The notes beneath the pieces are model-generated. The model was not told where the DNA came from and searched no databases. It saw nothing but the letters and a program-made list of their open reading frames with translations. The position numbers and the translations under genes were made by a program. Of a DNA stretch of 49,885 bases, positions 1 through 8,377 are shown in pieces. Each line of letters starts with the position of its first letter. Position 1 is the first letter of the stretch. Source of the DNA: Deltaproteobacteria bacterium (GTDB lineage Bacteria > Desulfobacterota > Desulfuromonadia > Geobacterales > Pseudopelobacteraceae); the NCBI GenBank assembly GCA_016219145.1, contig JACRCG010000234.1:1-49885 (forward strand). The letters run 5' to 3'.

Positions 1-2
1 AT

Positions 3-881
3 CGTTCAAACGACTATTATCTGGGAGTTCTTCAGGAACTGCGTAAGCTTCCTGCTGAAACCGAATGGTTCGAATGCAAGCATAACAACGACAATCCGGA
101 AGAGATTGGCGAATACCTTTCCGCTCTGGCAAACTCAGCCGCATTTACCGGCAAGACGAATGCCTATCTGGTGTGGGGAGTTGATAACCTGACCCATGAA
201 ATCATTGGCACCACTTTCCGCCCCATACTCTGCAAAATAGGGAACGAAGAGCTGGAAAGCTGGTTGCTGCGCCAGCTTGCGCCCAAGATCAATTTCCGTT
301 TCCATGAAATAGTGGCTGGCGAAAGTACGGTTGTTCTTCTGGAGATCGGCGCGGCTTTCCGTCACCCAGTACAGTTCAGGAATACCGAATATATCCGGGT
401 TGGCTCTTACAAAAAGAAGCTCAAGGATTTTCCGGAAAAAGAGCGGGAGTTGTGGCGCGTTTTTGACAAGACCCCTTTTGAGCGCGAAATAGCTGCTGAA
501 AATATCGGGCCGGAAGAACTGTTTCGTTTGCTGGATTATCCAGCCTATTTCGACCTGTTGAAATCCCCCTTGCCGGAATCCCGTGATGGTATACTGGCGG
601 CGTTACAAGCTGATGAAATTATTGCACCCGGAAAAAGCGGCAAGTGGAACATCACGAATCTTGGCGCCGTGATGTTTGCAAAGAAGCTTTCCGATTTCCG
701 CAGCCTGAAACGCAAAGCGGTTCGCGTCATTCAATATAAAGGAGAAAACCGGGTAGTAACAGTTCGGGAGCAGGAAGGAGCCAAGGGGTATGCCTGCGGA
801 TTTGAGGGGCTGATCGGCTTTGTCATCAATCTGTTGCCCAGCAATGAGGTCATTGGGCAGGCGTTACGGCGTGAAGTCTGA
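3..881 (+). pseudogene. 5' portion of an AlbA_2 (Schlafen-like) / HATPase_c_4 putative DNA-binding ATPase gene, interrupted by an IS element
   Basis: The frame is open from nt 3 (..LPAETEWFECKHNNDNPEEIGEYLSALANS.., an AlbA_2-like N-terminus), upstream of the GTG at 171 used by the ORF track. It ends at the TGA formed by the first bases of the IS (879-881). The reading frame resumes in phase at 2163. Confidence 0.7.
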
Positions 882-904
882 AGTGGCGCCGATTATTGGG
901 ACAG
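879..904 (+). repeat. IS left terminal inverted repeat (IRL)
   Basis: Starts with TG and matches the reverse complement of 2134-2159 at most positions. Confidence 0.8.
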
Positions 905-943
905 GTGTATAAGCAATGAATCGACCCAAAAAGGAGAGATTCT

Positions 944-1252
944 ATGCCGCAACATCGGAAACGTCACAGCGCAGATTTTAAAGCCAAGGTTGCCTTGGCA
1001 GCACTTTCGGAGTCAAAGACTCTGGCTGAACTTGCCACCGAGTACAAGGTTCATCCGACACAGATAACCCGCTGGAAACAGGAGCTTGCCGAAAATGCCG
1101 TTGACCTGTTTGGCAAGGGCAAGAAGAAAGAAGTCAACCATGAGGCCGAAATGGCTGAGCTCTACCGTCAGATCGGCAAGCTCAAGGTTGAGAATGATTT
1201 TTTGTCGCATCTGCCCGGTCTGAGCTTGATCGGGCGCAGAAACAGCAAGTGA
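944..1252 (+). CDS. IS3-family transposase OrfA (HTH DNA-binding part)
   Basis: 102 aa, MPQHRKRHSADFKAKVALAALSE..TLAELATEYKVHPTQITRWKQEL.. followed by a leucine-zipper-like ..LYRQIGKLKVENDFL, typical of IS3 OrfA. A GGAGAG RBS lies upstream. Confidence 0.9.
   Translation: MPQHRKRHSADFKAKVALAALSESKTLAELATEYKVHPTQITRWKQELAENAVDLFGKGKKKEVNHEAEMAELYRQIGKLKVENDFLSHLPGLSLIGRRNSK
1197..1204 (+). other. Candidate -1 programmed ribosomal frameshift site (A TTT TTT G) joining orfA to orfB
   Basis: The T6 run lies in the orfA codons ..GAT TTT TTG... The -1 frame (the orfB frame) is open from this point (..FFVASARSELDRAQKQQVIATGH..), so slippage would produce an OrfAB fusion transposase. Confidence 0.55.
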
Positions 1253-2085
1253 TCGCCACTGGTCATCCTGAAGTTTCTGTTGAGCGCCGCTGCAAACTTC
1301 TTGGGATACCACGTTCCAGTTATTACCGTGGCCCCGCTTCCGGTCTTCGTTCAGGCGACCTGGAGTTGATGCTAAAAATAGATAAACTGTACATGGAGCA
1401 TCCCTGGATGGGAAGCCGTTCACTGGCCAACCACATCACGACTCCAGAGAATCCACTGGGGCGAGATCGTGCTCGTCGCTTGATGCTCATCATGGGTATC
1501 GAATCATTGGCTCCGAAACCGGGCACCAGCAGGCGGCAACCCAAGCACCCGGTCTACCCGTATCTGCTGCGTGGAGTCACTATTGACAAGCCCAATCAGG
1601 TCTGGGCGATTGACATTACCTACATCCCTATGCACAAGGGATTCATGTACCTGATTGCTATCATGGACTGGGCAACCAGAAAGGTTCTGTCCTGGCGACT
1701 GTCCAACACATTGGATACGAGATTCTGTGTCGAGGCGCTCAAGGAGGCGCTGTTCAAATACGGCACACCAGAGATTTTCAACACTGACCAGGGGTGCCAG
1801 TTTACCAGCGAGGCGTTCACGTCCGTCCTCAAAACCTGGAATGTCAGGATCAGCATGGACGGCAAGGGACGCTTCAAAGACAACATTTTCATCGAGCGAC
1901 TCTGGCGCACACTGAAGTACGAGAGAATCTACCTGAAGACGTATGAAACTGGAACCGAGCTTTTCAAAGACCTTACAATCTGGTTCACACACTACAACGA
2001 GGAAAGGAAACATACGTCACTTGACAAACTGACACCAAATGAGGCTTATTTCCAAGGACTCGAACAACTGAAGCTGGCAGCCTGA
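1249..2085 (+). CDS. IS3-family transposase OrfB (DDE/RNase H-fold catalytic domain)
   Basis: 278 aa with DDE context: NQVWAIDITYIP (D), IFNTDQGCQFTS (D), FIERLWRTLKYE (E). The frame is -1 relative to orfA. Confidence 0.9.
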   Translation: MIATGHPEVSVERRCKLLGIPRSSYYRGPASGLRSGDLELMLKIDKLYMEHPWMGSRSLANHITTPENPLGRDRARRLMLIMGIESLAPKPGTSRRQPKHPVYPYLLRGVTIDKPNQVWAIDITYIPMHKGFMYLIAIMDWATRKVLSWRLSNTLDTRFCVEALKEALFKYGTPEIFNTDQGCQFTSEAFTSVLKTWNVRISMDGKGRFKDNIFIERLWRTLKYERIYLKTYETGTELFKDLTIWFTHYNEERKHTSLDKLTPNEAYFQGLEQLKLAA

Positions 2086-2133
2086 TGCCTGAAACTACAA
2101 CAAATACGAAACATTGCTTATAAAACCTTCAGG

Positions 2134-2159
2134 CTGTCTCACTAACCCCGGCCACCTCA
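2134..2159 (+). repeat. IS right terminal inverted repeat (IRR)
   Basis: Ends in ..CCACCTCA and is the reverse complement of the IRL. Confidence 0.8.
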
Positions 2160-2741
2160 GTCCCCATGTTCCCGGAACTTGCTATCCGCGAGCTGGTTGC
2201 CAACGCCATTATCCATCAGGATTTCCATATTACCGGCACTGCGCCGATGGTGGAGATCTTTTCAAATCGCATGGAAATCACCAATCCAGGTCTGCCGCTG
2301 GTCAAAACCGACCGATTTCTTGACAGCCCGCCGAAATCCCGCAATGAACTGATTGCTTCGTTCATGCGTCGTATCGGCGTCTGTGAAGAGCGGGGAAGCG
2401 GCATAGACAAGGTGGTTTTTCAGACCGAGTTTTACCAGCTTCCTGCGCCGATATTTGAATCATCGGACGAACATACTCGCTCGGTACTTTTTGCCCATCG
2501 CGAGCTGAGAGAGATGACCAAGGAAGACCGGACCCGCGCCTGCTACTTGCACGCCTGCCTGAGGTACGTGCAGCGGGACTTTATGACCAACACAACATTG
2601 CGCGAGCGTTTCGGTATTGAAGACAAGAACAGCGCCACCGCTTCAAGAATAATTAAAGAGACATCGACAGCCGGACTTATCCGCTGCTATGACGAAACTG
2701 TCGGGAGTAAGGCAAAAAAATACCTGCCGTGGTGGGCCTGA
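2160..2741 (+). pseudogene. 3' portion of the IS-disrupted AlbA_2/HATPase_c_4 gene (ATPase-like plus C-terminal HTH part)
   Basis: After the duplicated GTC the frame continues P-MFPELAIRELVANAIIHQDF.., the HATPase_c_4-type motif that normally follows the AlbA_2 domain. Deleting 879-2162 (1284 nt, a multiple of 3) restores one continuous ORF. Confidence 0.75.
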
Positions 2742-2922
2742 CCAAAACGCGTTATTTGTTTGATGGTTGTTTGATGATTACGGTAACCCACAGCTCGCTT
2801 ATTTCACTAAACTGATATACTTCAAATAGTTATCCAGGCACTTTTTGTTTGATGGATTGTTGATTGTGAGCCGGTAGTGGGGGTTCTGCTTGGCTTTTCC
2901 CGCGTCTATGCAGAAAAAAAGC

Positions 2923-4134
2923 TTACGAAACCACAATCCTCGCAAATCTGCGTTTGCCGATCTGGACTATGTACTCACCGGCAGCGCTTAACTCCAGATT
3001 GGTATCGGATACCTTCTCGTTATTCAGCTTGACCCCGCCTCCGTCGATCGCCCGACGTCCTTCGCCGTTGGATTTGGTCAGGCCGGCTTCGGTCATGGCC
3101 TTTGCCAGCAGCACTCTGCCGTCGGTCAGGTTGTAGACCACCTGCGGCATATCCTCCGGAATCTCGTTCTCCTTGAAGCGCTTGACGAAATTTTCCTCGG
3201 CGATCTCCCCGGCACCGACACCGTGGAAGCGGGACACGATCTCGCGTCCCAGGCGTTTTTTTGCGGCCATAGGGTGCAAGGAGTGATCTTTGAGCGCCCC
3301 TTTGAGTTTTTCCAGTGCCGGCAGCGGCATGTCGGAGAGCAGCTCGTAATAGCGCAGCATCAACTCATCCGAGATCGACATGATCTTGCCGAATATCTCA
3401 TCGGCTGTATCGCTGACGCCGATGTAGTTGCCTAGTGACTTGGACATCTTGTTGACCCCGTCCAGCCCTTCCAGGAGCGGCATGGTCAGGATGCACTGGG
3501 GAGATTGACCCCATTCGCGCTGCAATTCACGCCCCATCAGAAGGTTGAATTTCTGGTCGGTCCCTCCCAGCTCCACGTCGGATTGCATGGCGACCGAGTC
3601 ATAGCCCTGTACCAGCGGATAGAGGAACTCATGGATACTGATCGGCTGCTGGGTGGTAAAGCGCTTGTGAAAGTCATCCCGCTCCAGCATGCGGGCCACG
3701 GTGTACTTGGAAGCCAGGGCGATCATGCCCCCCGAGCCCAACTCATTCAGCCAGGTCGAGTTGAAGACCACCTTGGTCTTTTCCGGGTCAAGGATCTTGA
3801 AAACCTGCTCCTTGTAGGTTTCGGCATTGCTGAGCACGTCCTCGCGTGTCAGAACCTTGCGGGTTTCGGATTTTCCGGTCGGATCGCCGATCATGCCGGT
3901 GAAGTCCCCGATCAGAAAACTGACCTCGTGCCCCAGTTGTTGAAAATGACGCAGCTTCTGGATCAAAACAGTATGTCCCAGATGCAGATCCGGGGCGGTC
4001 GGGTCAAAGCCGGCCTTGATCCTGAGCGGCACTCCGGTTTTCAAAGACTTCTCGATCTTGGCCTCAAGCTCCTTTTCGATCAGGACCTCAACGGCGCCGC
4101 GCTTGATAACGGCCATCTGTTCGGCTACGGACAT
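2923..4134 (-). CDS. tyrS: Tyrosine--tRNA ligase
   Basis: 403 aa with the class I signatures HLGH (PDLHLGHTV) and KMSKS (NKMSKSLGN), plus a C-terminal S4-like domain. Confidence 0.95.
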   Translation of the reverse strand: MSVAEQMAVIKRGAVEVLIEKELEAKIEKSLKTGVPLRIKAGFDPTAPDLHLGHTVLIQKLRHFQQLGHEVSFLIGDFTGMIGDPTGKSETRKVLTREDVLSNAETYKEQVFKILDPEKTKVVFNSTWLNELGSGGMIALASKYTVARMLERDDFHKRFTTQQPISIHEFLYPLVQGYDSVAMQSDVELGGTDQKFNLLMGRELQREWGQSPQCILTMPLLEGLDGVNKMSKSLGNYIGVSDTADEIFGKIMSISDELMLRYYELLSDMPLPALEKLKGALKDHSLHPMAAKKRLGREIVSRFHGVGAGEIAEENFVKRFKENEIPEDMPQVVYNLTDGRVLLAKAMTEAGLTKSNGEGRRAIDGGGVKLNNEKVSDTNLELSAAGEYIVQIGKRRFARIVVS

Positions 4135-4161
4135 ATGTTAACTCCTAAAATCTTGTTTAAT

Positions 4162-4308
4162 AACACAGAGCAACGGAGCAACAGAGAGAATCAACTGCAA
4201 TCAAATAACAAAACAGGAAACTGATTAAATCAAAAGTTTATTTATCTTGCAGTACAATCGGTTATGAATATGTATAAAGTTTTCTCTGTTGCTTAGTTGC
4301 TCTGTGTT
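4162..4308. repeat. Compound inverted repeat whose arms are built from short tandem 8-mers
   Basis: Left arm AACACAGAGCAACGGAGCAACAGAGAGAA (4162-4190). Right arm TTCTCTGTTGCTTAGTTGCTCTGTGTT (4282-4308), nearly its reverse complement. A roughly 90-nt AT-rich spacer starts with the CAACTGCAAT box. Confidence 0.8.
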
Positions 4309-4318
4309 TCAATAATAA

Positions 4319-5104
4319 TCAACAACTTATATTTATTCTATCAATGCTCAACGCTTTACCACTCTGTTCATCCACAGCGACCACAACGCCGTTCAGACGG
4401 ATATCCTTTTTGCCTACCTCAAACTTGGCCGGCAATTGGGTCAGAAATTTCTGGATGGTCTCTTCCTTGCCCATGCCGATCACCGAGTCAAAACTGCCGG
4501 TCATACCGGCATCGGTCATGAAGGCTGTCCCCTTGGTCAAAATGCGCTCATCTGCGGTCTGGACATGGGTGTGAGTGCCGATTACGGCGCTGACCCTGCC
4601 GTCCAGATACCACCCCAGGGCCGATTTTTCGGAACTTGCTTCTGCGTGAAAATCGACAAATATGATCTGGGTTTCGAGTTTCAGCCGCTCAATTTCGCGG
4701 TCGGCAACCAGAAAAGGACACTCCAGAGTCTTCATGAATACCCGCCCCTCCAGATTGAGTACAGCGACCTTGCAGCCGCCGGGGGTGGTCACTATTGCAC
4801 TGCCTGTGCCGGGAGTGCCGGCAGGATAGTTGGCCGGTCGGATGATACGCGGATCGGCCAGCAGATGCGGGATCTGCTCTTTCTTGTCCCAGATGTGATT
4901 GCCGCTGGTCAAAAGGTGAATGCCCTGGCTGAACAGTTCCCTGGCGGTCTCGGCGGTCAGTCCGAAACCTCCTGCAGTGTTTTCGCCGTTGGCTATCACA
5001 ATATCGACATTGTGCCGGTCCACCAGACGGTGCAGTTCCCGCGAGAGCGCCTGGCGGCCCGGTTTGCCGACAATATCACCTATGAACAGTATCTTGATCG
5101 ACAT
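4319..5104 (-). CDS. YmdB-like metallophosphoesterase (TIGR00282-type 2',3'-cyclic-nucleotide phosphodiesterase)
   Basis: 261 aa starting MSIKILFIGDIVGKPGR.., with GENTAGG and HAEASSEK motifs. It lies directly downstream of rny, as in many bacteria. Confidence 0.85.
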   Translation of the reverse strand: MSIKILFIGDIVGKPGRQALSRELHRLVDRHNVDIVIANGENTAGGFGLTAETARELFSQGIHLLTSGNHIWDKKEQIPHLLADPRIIRPANYPAGTPGTGSAIVTTPGGCKVAVLNLEGRVFMKTLECPFLVADREIERLKLETQIIFVDFHAEASSEKSALGWYLDGRVSAVIGTHTHVQTADERILTKGTAFMTDAGMTGSFDSVIGMGKEETIQKFLTQLPAKFEVGKKDIRLNGVVVAVDEQSGKALSIDRINISC

Positions 5105-5110
5105 TCCATT

Positions 5111-6676
5111 TTACCTGGCAAATTCAACTGCTCTGGTCTCACGTATTACGTTAACCTTGATCTGGCCCGGATAAGTCATCTCGGCTTCAATCTTCTTGGC
5201 AATGTCGCGAGCGATAACAACTGACTGCTCGTCAGTGATCTGATCGCTGGAGACCATGACGCGGATTTCGCGGCCGGCCTGAATGGCAAAAGAGCTGGTA
5301 ACACCGCTGAAAGAGGTGGCGATCCGCTCCAGATCTTCCAGGCGCTTGACGTAAGTCTCCATCATTTCGCGCCGTGCGCCGGGGCGCGCACCGGAAAGGG
5401 CATCGGCGGCCTGTACCAGCACGGCCAGCACGGAATCCGGTTTTTCGTCCTCGTGGTGGGCCATGATGGCATGCACTATCTTGGGTGATTCCCCATACTT
5501 GCGTGCCAGCTCGGCGCCGATTACGGCATGCGAGCCTTCAACCTCGTGGTCAACCGCCTTGCCCAGATCGTGCAGCAGGCCGGCCCGTTTGGCCTGTTTG
5601 ACGTTGATACCGAGTTCGGCAGCCATGATGCCGCACAGGAAAGCCACTTCAAGAGAATGCAGATAGACATTCTGGGTATAGGACGTTCTGTACTTGAGGC
5701 GCCCGATCAGCTTGAGCAACTCCGGATGGATGCCGTGTACGCCCAGGTCGAAGGCGGCCTGCTCACCGGCGGCCTTGATGGAATGCTCCACCTCTTCGGT
5801 CGATTTGGCGACCACCTCCTCAATACGCCCCGGGTGGATGCGGCCATCGGCCAGCAGTTTTTCGAGTGACAGGCGGGCCACTTCGCGGCGAACCGGATTA
5901 AAGCCGGACAGGATAACCGCTTCGGGTGTGTCGTCAATAATCAGATCAATGCCGGTGGCGGCTTCCAGAGCACGGATATTGCGCCCCTCGCGGCCGATAA
6001 TGCGCCCCTTCATCTCATCCGAGGGGAGCGGCACGACCGAGACGGTGCGTTCCGCCACGTATTCACCGGCGTAGCGCTGGATAGCCAGGGCCATGATTTC
6101 CTTGGCCTTGTTTTCTGCGGTCTCACGGGCCTCTTCTTCGATGGCCTTGATCATTTTGGCGGCATCGTGTTTAGCCTCGCTCTCCATGGCATTCAGCAAT
6201 TCCCTTTTTGCTTCTCCGGCCGACATGCCGGAAATCTGCTCAAGTTTCGCCTTCTGGACATCAACCGCTTTTTTCAACTCTTCATCGCGTCTGGTAAGCT
6301 CCTGCTCTTTTTGGGAAAACAGCTGCTCTTTCTTGAGGATATCCAACTCTTTCTGATCGAAAAGGGCCACCTTCTTGTCCAGATTCTCTTCTTTCTGCAA
6401 CAGGCGCTTCTCAAGATTCTGAAGATCCTTGGTCTTCTCGCGGGTTGTACGCTCATACTCGTCTTTGGCCTGGATGGCAGCATCCTTGGCTTTGAGCTGA
6501 GCTTCCTTGGTGATGGTTTCCGCCGCCCGCCGGGCATCTTCGATAGACTTGTTAGCCAGCTCTTCGGCCTGCCGGATGATGGAGCCGGAGTCCTTCTTGT
6601 TGAACTTGCTTCCTGCGAAATACGCTCCGGCGGCAACAGCCAGAGTAATAACAACGATGATGATGTACATTTCCAT
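5111..6676 (-). CDS. rny: Ribonuclease Y
   Basis: N-terminal TM helix, long coiled coil, KH domain ([15 protein letters not shown]) and HD domain (LLHDLGKA..). I place the start at the ATG at 6676 (MEMYIIIVV..), which follows AGGAGG, rather than at the ORF-track start of 6718. Confidence 0.93.
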   Translation of the reverse strand: MEMYIIIVVITLAVAAGAYFAGSKFNKKDSGSIIRQAEELANKSIEDARRAAETITKEAQLKAKDAAIQAKDEYERTTREKTKDLQNLEKRLLQKEENLDKKVALFDQKELDILKKEQLFSQKEQELTRRDEELKKAVDVQKAKLEQISGMSAGEAKRELLNAMESEAKHDAAKMIKAIEEEARETAENKAKEIMALAIQRYAGEYVAERTVSVVPLPSDEMKGRIIGREGRNIRALEAATGIDLIIDDTPEAVILSGFNPVRREVARLSLEKLLADGRIHPGRIEEVVAKSTEEVEHSIKAAGEQAAFDLGVHGIHPELLKLIGRLKYRTSYTQNVYLHSLEVAFLCGIMAAELGINVKQAKRAGLLHDLGKAVDHEVEGSHAVIGAELARKYGESPKIVHAIMAHHEDEKPDSVLAVLVQAADALSGARPGARREMMETYVKRLEDLERIATSFSGVTSSFAIQAGREIRVMVSSDQITDEQSVVIARDIAKKIEAEMTYPGQIKVNVIRETRAVEFAR

Positions 6677-6766
6677 ATTCAAAAACCTCCTGTATGTGAA
6701 TCCGGGTTGAATGTGCAACGCCGGTTACTTCTCTCTCCCAATCTATAATCCTTAAAACAGCTGTTA

Positions 6767-6907
6767 TCACACAAAGCTCACAAAGTTCACGAAGAAAATC
6801 AGTAGATTATCAAAGCGAAAAATAAAACCCTATGGGTGCGTGCATAAACCTGCATAACTTTCTTATTTCTTTGTGTTCTTTGTGCCTTTGTGAGAGCCAA
6901 CTGCAAT
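6767..6907. repeat. Compound inverted repeat with tandem 9-mer arms plus a CCAACTGCAAT box
   Basis: Left arm TCACACAAAGCTCACAAAGTTCACGAAGAAA (6767-6797). Right arm TTTCTTTGTGTTCTTTGTGCCTTTGTGA (about 6867-6894). CCAACTGCAAT follows at 6897-6907. Confidence 0.8.
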
Positions 6908-6909
6908 TT

Positions 6910-7485
6910 TCAGGATACTTGCTCTTGGATATATATGATCCTCCTGTCGGTGACGATGATATCCATCGCTATGTCATGCCGGTCGGCCGGAATCGCTTCG
7001 TCGATCAGCTGAAAGTCGTGGCAAAGCCCGACCAGACAGGCTTTTCGGCCGGGATGCTTTAAAAAGCGGTCAAAATAACCCTTGCCATAGCCGATACGAT
7101 GACCGGAGAAATCGAAGGCAACCCCCGGAACTACTATCAGATCCGCTTCGTCAGCCTGGTGTTCGTTACAAGTCGGACAGGGCTCCAGAATTCCGAAGGT
7201 CCCTTCCCGAAGCTGTTCCAGAGCTTCCACAAGCCTGAAAACCATATTATGTCCGCAAACAGCCGGATAAAGCACCCGTTTTCCAGCCTTGAAGGCGGCC
7301 GCCAGAATATCGGCAGTATCGGCCTCCTTATGTATGGAGGCGTACAGGGCGATGCAGTCGGCCCGTGAATACTCCTCCAGCGAGAGCAGATTCTGCTGTG
7401 CCGACAGGCTGGAAGCCAGCCAGGCATCATGTTTGAGCGCCCGGCGCTCTGCCAGCAGCTGCGAACGGAGCGATTGCTTTGGCAT
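6910..7485 (-). CDS. 5-formyltetrahydrofolate cyclo-ligase
   Basis: 191 aa with the ..LIVVPGVAFDFSGHRIGYGKGYFDRFL.. signature of the MTHFS/YgfA family. Confidence 0.88.
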   Translation of the reverse strand: MPKQSLRSQLLAERRALKHDAWLASSLSAQQNLLSLEEYSRADCIALYASIHKEADTADILAAAFKAGKRVLYPAVCGHNMVFRLVEALEQLREGTFGILEPCPTCNEHQADEADLIVVPGVAFDFSGHRIGYGKGYFDRFLKHPGRKACLVGLCHDFQLIDEAIPADRHDIAMDIIVTDRRIIYIQEQVS

Positions 7486-7539
7486 GCCTGCTTTCTGAAA
7501 TAGGTACAGACGGATTTGTCCCGGGGCTATGCCGGGAAG

Positions 7540-7755
7540 GTCGACCAGGGAGGGTGAGAAAGGGTGGAGAAAGGCTCGCGAGTGCCGTCAGGAATTGATT
7601 GTACCCAGTGTTACCATGCTCGGAGCTGTTTCTTCCTTTCGTTGAGGATATATTCTGATATCAGCAATCAGGAGCAAAATTTATTACCGCTACTGACGGG
7701 TCTGATGGATGTAATGCTGCTGCGAATATATGATCAAGTCTCCCTGAGAGACCAT
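7540..7755 (-). ncRNA. ssrS: Candidate 6S RNA
   Basis: A 300-nt non-coding gap lies between zapA and the 5-formyl-THF cyclo-ligase gene, the conserved zapA-ssrS-ygfA position. On the minus strand GGTCTCTCAGGGAG (about 7753-7740) pairs with CTCCCTGGTCGACC (about 7553-7540) as a closing stem. CCGTCAG and CTGACGG (7699-7693 / 7591-7585) form an inner stem. The ends are approximate. Confidence 0.5.
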
Positions 7756-7789
7756 GTAAAAATTTGCAATCGGAAAAATCAGAATAAAA

Positions 7790-8062
7790 TCAGGCTGTTT
7801 CCAGCTTGCTGATAAAGCCCTTGATCCTGCTGTCCAGGCTTGTGTCCTGTTCTTGTGCTGCCCGTATTTCAAGCAGCTCCTCTGCGGTGTTAAGAAGAGC
7901 CAGAATCAGTACCAGTTGGGCATCGCCGCTTTTGAGGGCGCTGCCGATTTCCTGCAGCCTGCTGTTTACAAACGTTTCTACCGCCTTAACCTTCTCTGCC
8001 GGCGCAGAACTTTTTACCGACAGTTCACGTCCAAGTACTGTCACCGCATGCGATTTTTTCAT
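7790..8062 (-). CDS. zapA: Cell division protein ZapA
   Basis: 90 aa, MKKSHAVTVLGRELSVKSSAPAEKVKAVETFVN..LLNTAEELLE... The size, pattern and position upstream of the 6S locus fit ZapA. Confidence 0.8.
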   Translation of the reverse strand: MKKSHAVTVLGRELSVKSSAPAEKVKAVETFVNSRLQEIGSALKSGDAQLVLILALLNTAEELLEIRAAQEQDTSLDSRIKGFISKLETA

Positions 8063-8082
8063 ACGATGCAGCCGTTCAAAAT

Positions 8083-8268
8083 CTAAAGCCCTTCCAGCTT
8101 GCCCAGGATGGCATCAACGCGGGACCTGAGACCATCCCGTTCGGATGAAAAACGCTGGATTTCCTCGTTCAGGCGCGCATTTTCGGCCTTCAAGGCCGAG
8201 TATTTCTCTACTATATCGTTTATTCTGCTTTCAAGCTCTTCCATAAGTCCCTGATTCATGAATTCCAT
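8083..8268 (-). CDS. ZapB-like coiled-coil cell division protein
   Basis: 61 aa (MEFMNQGLMEELESRINDIVEKYSALKAENARLNEEIQRFSSERDGL..), a heptad coiled coil. The 136-aa ORF-track version extends into the 3' end of ftsY and is unlikely to be real. Confidence 0.6.
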   Translation of the reverse strand: MEFMNQGLMEELESRINDIVEKYSALKAENARLNEEIQRFSSERDGLRSRVDAILGKLEGL

Positions 8269-8377
8269 TTCCTTTCGAGGGGCAACACTATACTCAGCCG
8301 GTGGCGCGAAGTCAAGCCCTAATTGATTGATATCGTGAGGTTCCTCAGCCGGCCGGGGCCTTCCGGGGCGGGATTTC

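Larger units (their letters stand above)
879..2159 (+). mobile_element. IS3-family insertion sequence (1281 bp) with orfA/orfB, TG..CA ends and a 3-bp target site duplication
   Basis: About 26-bp imperfect terminal inverted repeats: TGAAGTGGCGCCGATTATTGGGACAG at 879, and the reverse complement of 2134-2159, TGAGGTGGCCGGGGTTAGTGAGACAG. GTC at 876-878 is repeated at 2160-2162. The element holds two overlapping ORFs in the 0/-1 frame arrangement typical of IS3. Confidence 0.9.
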
